Below are positions 58,184-64,000 of a stretch of DNA of 64,000 nucleotides, in pieces. Positions within the stretch are counted from its first letter, which is position 1. The number at the start of each line of letters is the position of its first letter. The position numbers were made by a program, and so were the translations under genes. This DNA is from an uncultured Ignavibacteriaceae bacterium (GTDB lineage: Bacteria; Bacteroidota; Ignavibacteria; Tepidaquicellales; Tepidaquicellaceae), in the NCBI GenBank assembly GCA_964626015.1, contig CAZVCC010000004.1:27599-91598 (forward strand), given 5' to 3'. The notes below the pieces were generated by a model, which saw only the letters and a list, made by a program, of their open reading frames with translations, was not told the origin of the DNA and made no database searches.

Positions 58184-58732
58184 ATGACGCTAATTATTTT
58201 AAATAATTTGTTATTTGGTATTTTCTTGAGTGGCGATAAACCATCATTGCTTTCTGTTAATCCGGGACTTATAATCTGGACTATAATCATCTTCGTGCTG
58301 TTTCTTTTATTACTAAAGAAATTTGCGTGGGGACCGATAATCACGGCTCTTAATAACCGAGAGCAGATGATAAAAGAAGCACTTGAAAATGCTGAAAAGC
58401 AAAACAAAGAATCTGCGGAACTCATCGAGCAGAATAGAAAAGTTATCGCTGAAGCTAACGCTCAAGCTTCAAAAATTATCAGCGAAGCTAAAGATATTGC
58501 CGTGAAGATGAAGGATGAGATTGTAAGCAAAGCAAACGAAGAGTCCAACAAGAATATTGATAAAGCTAAGCAGCAGATTGAAGCTATGAAGGTCTCAGCT
58601 CTCGAAGAAATGAGGGGTGATATTACAGATATAGCTTTAAAAGCTGCCGAAAAAATTCTTTCAAAGAATCTTGACAGAGATAAACAGATGGACCTTATAA
58701 ATGACTTTATGTCTAAAATACCTAAGAACTGA
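58184..58732 (+). CDS. atpF: ATP synthase F0 subunit b
   Basis: A single N-terminal TM helix, [10 protein letters not shown], and a long charged helix. Confidence 0.9.
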   Translation: MTLIILNNLLFGIFLSGDKPSLLSVNPGLIIWTIIIFVLFLLLLKKFAWGPIITALNNREQMIKEALENAEKQNKESAELIEQNRKVIAEANAQASKIISEAKDIAVKMKDEIVSKANEESNKNIDKAKQQIEAMKVSALEEMRGDITDIALKAAEKILSKNLDRDKQMDLINDFMSKIPKN

Positions 58733-58742
58733 TTGGTGAGTT

Positions 58743-59273
58743 ATGGCAAATAAAATAACTTCAAGCTATTCAAATTCTTTGTATGAGGCAGCATCAAAAG
58801 ACAAAATCCTTAATGATGTAGCATCAGATTGCGCAGCTCTTCTTTCTTTATTGGCTGAAAGCAGGGAGCTGAATATCTTGTTAGACAGTCCAGTAATAAG
58901 CAAGTTCAAGAAGACAAGCATAATCAATGCACTGTTTAAAGGTAAGGTCAAAGACCTTACTTTAAACTTGATATTACTCGTAATTAAGAACCGTAGGGAA
59001 GCATTCCTGAAGTTAATCCTTGAAGATTTTCTTCAGATGAAAGATGATAAAGAAGGTATCATTAAACCTGTCTATACAACGGCTATAGAACTGAAGGAAG
59101 ATGAAAAAATTAAATTGAAGAAAGAAATTGATACGATAACAAATAAGAATTCAATACCAACGTTTGAAGTGAAACCTGAATTAATCGGTGGATTTACTTT
59201 AAATATAGGGGATTCAATTATTGATGGAAGTGTAAAAAGGCAGCTGGAGCTGATGAGAAAATCACTAAAATAA
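58743..59273 (+). CDS. atpH: ATP synthase F1 delta (OSCP) subunit
   Basis: OSCP-family pattern and operon position. Confidence 0.88.
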   Translation: MANKITSSYSNSLYEAASKDKILNDVASDCAALLSLLAESRELNILLDSPVISKFKKTSIINALFKGKVKDLTLNLILLVIKNRREAFLKLILEDFLQMKDDKEGIIKPVYTTAIELKEDEKIKLKKEIDTITNKNSIPTFEVKPELIGGFTLNIGDSIIDGSVKRQLELMRKSLK

Positions 59274-59304
59274 AAACGAATTTTAACAGGAGATATATTT
59301 TAAT

Positions 59305-60825
59305 ATGAATGTAAAAGCAGGCGAAGTATCCGCTGTAATACTAAAGCAGCTTTCGGGCTACGAAAATGAAGTAGATATTTATGATATCGGAACCGTTCTG
59401 TCGGTTGGTGATAACGTTGCGAGGGTTTATGGGCTTTCAAAATGTCAGGCGAGTGAACTTATCGAATTCCCGCATGGTGTCTTTGGTGTAGCTCTTAACC
59501 TCGAAGAAGATAATGTTGGCTGCGTTCTTTTCGGAGAAGTTCACCTTGTAAAAGAAGGAGATACAGTCAAAAGAACAGGAAAGATTATTTCTATCCCCGT
59601 AGGTGAAGCAATGCTCGGACGCGTAATTAACCCTCTCGGTCAGCCGCTTGACGGTAAAGGCGATATTGCAGCAGATAAGTTTTCACCTATTGAAAGAAAA
59701 GCTCTTGGTGTTATTCAAAGACAGCCTGTTAAAGAACCTCTGCAAACCGGTCTCAAAGCTATTGACGCAATGATTCCTATCGGCAGGGGACAAAGAGAAT
59801 TAATTATAGGTGATAGACAAACTGGTAAAACTGCCGTAGCTATCGATACAATAATAAATCAAAAAGGAAAAGATGTTTTCTGTATCTATGTTGCAACAGG
59901 TCAGAAAGCTTCGACTATTGCTCAAGTAGTAAAAAATCTTGAAGACGCTGGTGCAATGGAATATACTACTGTTATTGCCGCTCCGGCATCCGACCCTGCA
60001 CCTATGCTTTATATATCTCCGTACTCTGGTGCAACACTCGGCGAGTATTTTCGTGATAAAGGCAAACACGCACTCGTAATCTATGACGATTTAACTAAAC
60101 AGGCAGCAGCATACAGAGAACTATCACTTCTATTAAGAAGACCCCCTGGAAGAGAAGCTTATCCTGGTGACGTGTTTTATCTTCATTCACGTTTACTTGA
60201 AAGAGCATCAAAGCTTTCAAATGAACTTGGCGGCGGAAGTTTAACTGCATTACCTATTATCGAAACAAAAGCAGGTGACGTATCTGCATACATTCCGACT
60301 AACGTTATCTCAATAACTGATGGTCAGATTTACCTCGAACCTAATCTCTTTAATAACGGTGTAAGACCAGCTATTAACGTTGGTATCTCTGTTTCTCGTG
60401 TCGGTGGTAGTGCTCAGATTAAAGCAATGAAAAGAATTGCTGGTACTTTAAGACTTGACCTTGCTCAGTACAGAGAACTTGAGTCATTCGCAAAATTTGG
60501 TTCTGACCTCGATAAAGCAACCCAGCAGCAGTTAAGACGCGGTGAAAGACTCGTTGAAGTTCTTAAGCAGAAGCAGTATTCTCCGCTTGGCGTTGAAAAA
60601 CAGGTTGTCGTTATTTATGCCGCAACTCACGGATACCTTGATGAAATTCCAGTAGATTATGTGAAGAAATTCGAAAGTGATTTTCTGACTGAAATGGAAA
60701 ATATTCATGGAAGCATTTTATCCGAGATTATTGAAAAGAAAGACATATCAGAAGACTTGATGAAGAAACTTAATTCTGTTTTGGAAGATTTTACAAATCG
60801 TTTCAAAGAATCTTTAAAATCATAA
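59305..60825 (+). CDS. atpA: ATP synthase F1 alpha subunit
   Basis: GDRQTGKT Walker [28 protein letters not shown]. Confidence 0.97.
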   Translation: MNVKAGEVSAVILKQLSGYENEVDIYDIGTVLSVGDNVARVYGLSKCQASELIEFPHGVFGVALNLEEDNVGCVLFGEVHLVKEGDTVKRTGKIISIPVGEAMLGRVINPLGQPLDGKGDIAADKFSPIERKALGVIQRQPVKEPLQTGLKAIDAMIPIGRGQRELIIGDRQTGKTAVAIDTIINQKGKDVFCIYVATGQKASTIAQVVKNLEDAGAMEYTTVIAAPASDPAPMLYISPYSGATLGEYFRDKGKHALVIYDDLTKQAAAYRELSLLLRRPPGREAYPGDVFYLHSRLLERASKLSNELGGGSLTALPIIETKAGDVSAYIPTNVISITDGQIYLEPNLFNNGVRPAINVGISVSRVGGSAQIKAMKRIAGTLRLDLAQYRELESFAKFGSDLDKATQQQLRRGERLVEVLKQKQYSPLGVEKQVVVIYAATHGYLDEIPVDYVKKFESDFLTEMENIHGSILSEIIEKKDISEDLMKKLNSVLEDFTNRFKESLKS

Positions 60826-60829
60826 TTCT

Positions 60830-61099
60830 ATGACAACAAAAGCACCCGCTGAAGTTAACTATTTTGACGATTCAGTTAAGATTAAAAAACTTTATTCTGC
60901 AATTGATGAACTTAGAGATGTTATAATAGAGGATAATGACAGAAATAGACTTAGTTTTTGCATTAACCTGTATTTTGAGAAGGAAATAGGCTCACTGTAT
61001 GATGCAATAGTACAGGCAAAACCAAATTCTTCAATATATAACTTTAAAGTTCTCGAAGAATTAGTTACGAAGAAATTAAATGAAAAAGGAATTAACTAA
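60830..61099 (+). CDS. Hypothetical 89-aa acidic soluble protein wedged between atpA and atpG
   Basis: An ATG-initiated ORF with a 4-nt gap after the atpA stop and a 3-nt gap before the atpG start. Its composition looks protein-like and helical. I recognise no motif. Confidence 0.6.
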   Translation: MTTKAPAEVNYFDDSVKIKKLYSAIDELRDVIIEDNDRNRLSFCINLYFEKEIGSLYDAIVQAKPNSSIYNFKVLEELVTKKLNEKGIN

Positions 61100-61102
61100 G
61101 AA

Positions 61103-61966
61103 TTGGCTACCCTTAAAGAAATAAGAATCCGCCTAAATGCGGTTAAGAATATCCAGAAGATAACCAAAGCAATGAAAATGGTTGCTGCTGCTAAAGTACG
61201 CAAAGCTCAGGATAGAATAATATCAACCAGACCTTATGCTAGTAAACTTAGTAGTCTTATGAGTGAACTTGTTTCTTTAAATGATATTTCGAATCATCCT
61301 CTGATTCAGGAAAGGGAAATCAAGAAACGTCTTGTTGTTTTAATTACTTCTGACAGGGGACTTTGCGGTGCTTTTAACTCCAATATTATAAAACACACTG
61401 TTTCGCATATCAGAAATATTGGACAAGATACTGCAATGATAACCATTGGTAAAAAAGGTTACGATTTCTTCTCTAAACGAAAATATAACTTAATTAAGAA
61501 TTACCCAAATGTTTTTCAGAATTTAAACATTCAGACATCAACGGAAATAGTCAATTACATTAAGGACCTTTATTTAAACGGTGAATATGACTTTATCGAA
61601 ATTATATATAACGAATTTAAATCAATAATCAAACAAAATATTGTTACGGAGACTTTCCTTCCATTTAAGAAAAACACTGAAAGTGATTTAGCATCCAGAA
61701 ATATTGACTTCATATTCGAACCCGATTCTAAAAATATTTTATTCGAACTCATCCCTAAAGAACTAAATATTATGTTCTGGAAAGCTCTGCTTGAGTCTAA
61801 TGCTTCAGAACAAGGTGCCAGAATGACAGCTATGGAAACAGCGTCGAACAATGCTGGTGATGTAATTAAGGAGCTTAACCTGAATTATAATAGAGCACGT
61901 CAGGAATCCATCACAACAGAACTGCTTGAAATTGTTAGTGGCGCTGAAGCACTCCAGAAAGGTTAA
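61103..61966 (+). CDS. atpG: ATP synthase F1 gamma subunit
   Basis: (M)ATLKEIRIRLNAVKNIQKITKAMKMVAAAK N-terminus and ITTELLEIVSGAEAL C-terminus. TTG start. Confidence 0.95.
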   Translation: MATLKEIRIRLNAVKNIQKITKAMKMVAAAKVRKAQDRIISTRPYASKLSSLMSELVSLNDISNHPLIQEREIKKRLVVLITSDRGLCGAFNSNIIKHTVSHIRNIGQDTAMITIGKKGYDFFSKRKYNLIKNYPNVFQNLNIQTSTEIVNYIKDLYLNGEYDFIEIIYNEFKSIIKQNIVTETFLPFKKNTESDLASRNIDFIFEPDSKNILFELIPKELNIMFWKALLESNASEQGARMTAMETASNNAGDVIKELNLNYNRARQESITTELLEIVSGAEALQKG

Positions 61967-61983
61967 AAGATAATTGTATTTGT

Positions 61984-63549
61984 TTGATTAACAATTATTT
62001 TATTCTTAAAGCACAGTCAGAATTCCTAAACAAAGAATTAATAAATTATTCCGTAGAAGATACTCTTATAGTTGTAAAGAACTGTGTGACATTCATTCTC
62101 AAATCAACAAAATACAGGTACCTTAAGATAGTACTTGAAAAGAATCTCGAAACCCTTTTTCTTGAGGAGACTGGAGATATCCCCAAAAAGAATATATTAA
62201 GCATATTCCCATCGATAAAATCTAAATTAATCAAGTCTGTTTCAACTTTGGATAAGAATAGGGTAGTTACTCTGCTATTAAGTGATGGTAATTCTATTGT
62301 ATTCTACGCAGTACCTAATAAATCTAATATTTTTATCATTAAAAATGGTAGTATTATCGATTCCTACAAAGAAAAGTCTGATTTTATTGGGAAAAATGTC
62401 GAATCACTAATAAATAAACCTCAGGAATCTTCGCAAGATTTACCTCATTCTTTTAAAGATTTACTAAAAATCAAATATAATTATTTAGGTAAATATTATA
62501 AGCAGGAACTTGAAGCAAAGTTTTCGAAAATTGATAAACACTCAATTGATTACAATAAAATTATCAGTGAATTTATTTCAGAGCTTATTGATTCAAGAAA
62601 GTTCTATTTATACACTACTGATAATGATATAGTACCTTCATTAATCAACCTTTCAGTTTATAGTGACTTTCAAAAGATCGAATATGAAAATATTAATTTA
62701 CTTATAATAAACTTTTACAGAAAGTATAAATCTTTTCAAGAGAAAAAAGAAGCTAAGAGCAAACTGTTAAGCAAATTAAATACAGATTTAAAAAGAACAG
62801 AGAATAAAATGGAAAATATAAAGAAAGCAATTGACGAGACTAAGAATTCACACCTTTTCAAAATCATCGGTGATGTCTTGTTAGCTAATATACATAATAT
62901 TAAATTCGGCAATAAGTTTTATGAATATATTGATGAAAATAACGAAATCCATAAAATAAAACTGGACCCTAAACTTTCAGCTCAGGAAAATGCTAATCAT
63001 TACTATACGAAATACAAAGGGCTAAAAAGATCTGTAGAATCTCTAAATAGAAAATTGATGTTATTGATATCAGAGAGAGAATTACTTTTAATTAAAAATG
63101 ATAAACTCGAGAAGGAAGAAAATATCAAAATCTTAAGAAAGATGGATAATGTTGAGACTAAAACAAGTAATACTGAAAAACTTCCTTTCAGAATTTTTAA
63201 ATTAAGCGATAAGTTTGAAGTGTGGGTTGGGAAAGATAGTGCCAGTAATGATTTGCTAACAATGAAATATACTAATCAGTACGATTATTGGTTTCATGTT
63301 AGAGGATTCAGCGGCTCTCACACAACATTAAAATTACTAGACAAAAATCAGAAACCCGAGAAGGAATATGTTATAAAAGCAGCTGAGATTGCAGCTTATT
63401 ACAGTAAAGCAAGAAAAGGGAGAAATATTCCGGTTGCATATACTGAAAAAAAGTATGTTAAAAAGAAGAAAGGATTCAAACAAGGTGCAGTTGTAATGGA
63501 AAATGAAAAAATTGTCTTTGTAAACCCTGCGATTCCTGAATTATTGTAA
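61984..63549 (+). CDS. NFACT/DUF814 RNA-binding domain protein (RqcH-related)
   Basis: C-terminal WVGKDSASNDLLT...DYWFHVRGFSGSHTTLK...AAYYSKAR resembles the NFACT-R/DUF814 domain, and there is a central coiled coil. TTG start. Confidence 0.75.
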   Translation: MINNYFILKAQSEFLNKELINYSVEDTLIVVKNCVTFILKSTKYRYLKIVLEKNLETLFLEETGDIPKKNILSIFPSIKSKLIKSVSTLDKNRVVTLLLSDGNSIVFYAVPNKSNIFIIKNGSIIDSYKEKSDFIGKNVESLINKPQESSQDLPHSFKDLLKIKYNYLGKYYKQELEAKFSKIDKHSIDYNKIISEFISELIDSRKFYLYTTDNDIVPSLINLSVYSDFQKIEYENINLLIINFYRKYKSFQEKKEAKSKLLSKLNTDLKRTENKMENIKKAIDETKNSHLFKIIGDVLLANIHNIKFGNKFYEYIDENNEIHKIKLDPKLSAQENANHYYTKYKGLKRSVESLNRKLMLLISERELLLIKNDKLEKEENIKILRKMDNVETKTSNTEKLPFRIFKLSDKFEVWVGKDSASNDLLTMKYTNQYDYWFHVRGFSGSHTTLKLLDKNQKPEKEYVIKAAEIAAYYSKARKGRNIPVAYTEKKYVKKKKGFKQGAVVMENEKIVFVNPAIPELL

Positions 63550-63558
63550 TAATTGATT

Positions 63559-63990
63559 TTACAGACGACGTTCTAACTCGGCGATTTTTTCGAGTATATT
63601 TTTCTTGTTTTTATGTCCTGCTCTGAGAAGTAATGAATATGCATCAAATGCTTCCTTATTCAATCCTTGCTTTGCCATAACATCAGCAATCGTTTCGGTT
63701 ATTATTCTTACATTACCGATTAGGCTGTCTTTATTGTTTAGCGTTGGAACACTAAACTGTATCAGCTCTGTTTCAAGTATTGACCTTTTCTTATTCTGAT
63801 GCAAATCCAAAGACATCTTCTCTATACCATCTTTAAAACTAATAAAATTATCATCCTTCTCAATTTCAAATAAGAATTCACTATCTATAAAAGTAAGTTC
63901 AGGGTTGTTGCTTTCCGGTAATGATTTGCAGAAACTCAAATCTTTGAAATACTCTTCATAGTCCTCAAATTTATCAAGGTCGGACAACAT
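63559..63990 (-). CDS. Hypothetical protein, possibly extending past the window edge
   Basis: A 143-aa ORF. The frame remains open upstream of the listed Met all the way to nt 64000. I recognise no motif. The tail is TPR-like and helical. Confidence 0.5.
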   Translation of the reverse strand: MLSDLDKFEDYEEYFKDLSFCKSLPESNNPELTFIDSEFLFEIEKDDNFISFKDGIEKMSLDLHQNKKRSILETELIQFSVPTLNNKDSLIGNVRIITETIADVMAKQGLNKEAFDAYSLLLRAGHKNKKNILEKIAELERRL

Positions 63991-64000
63991 TTCATTATAA

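Noticed and set aside
56305-61966. ATP synthase operon lacking the beta and epsilon subunits (atpD, atpC)
   Set aside because: A split arrangement, with atpBEFHAG in one place and atpDC elsewhere, is the known organisation in Bacteroidota/Chlorobiota-type genomes. It is not evidence of an incomplete or novel ATPase.

Overview
AT-rich (about one-third G+C by eye) bacterial chromosome segment with about 60 genes, almost all on the + strand. At least four secreted proteins end in the NYPNPFNP-type T9SS sorting domain. The atpBEFHAG operon lacks atpDC. TTG starts are common. Together these suggest an FCB-superphylum organism, possibly Ignavibacteriota-like (inference only). Gene content, left to right:
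- Surface proteins: an FG-GAP/dockerin-like protein next to a cohesin-like T9SS protein.
- An orphan response regulator.
- deoA, a membrane-anchored SNase, and guaB.
- Small housekeeping genes.
- A BNR propeller protein.
- A disrupted small outer-membrane-protein (OMP) gene.
- An NlpC/P60 hydrolase.
- A tightly coupled operon: lamin-tail-domain surface protein, a homologue of the eukaryotic TMTC O-mannosyltransferases (GT-C fold plus TPR repeats), and a second GT-C-like membrane protein.
- tRNA-Pro(GGG) with a duplicated 3' end.
- Two tandem BNR/T9SS paralogs.
- An SRAP peptidase, proS and maf.
- A roughly 19-kb Wzx/Wzy-type polysaccharide locus (33.4-52.2 kb) with a GDP-heptose module.
- accA, murA, an acyl-CoA carboxyltransferase and the F-type ATP synthase operon.
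- An NFACT/DUF814 protein.
No CRISPR array, integrase, transposase or recognisable defence system was seen. The observations most worth follow-up are:
- The LTD/TMTC-like/GT-C operon, as a possible dedicated protein O-mannosylation module.
- A tightly coupled 89-aa ORF inserted between atpA and atpG.
- A two-copy intergenic element with a covarying GC hairpin.
- Two separate 11-bp phased tandem arrays, one upstream of tRNA-Pro and one upstream of the atp operon.
- Three genes whose conserved N-termini lie upstream of any ATG/GTG/TTG codon.
- Phosphoglycosyl-transferase homologues that lack the catalytic Asp.
- An OMP gene carrying three in-frame stops but no frameshift.
All functional calls come from motif recognition by eye. 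No searches were run.
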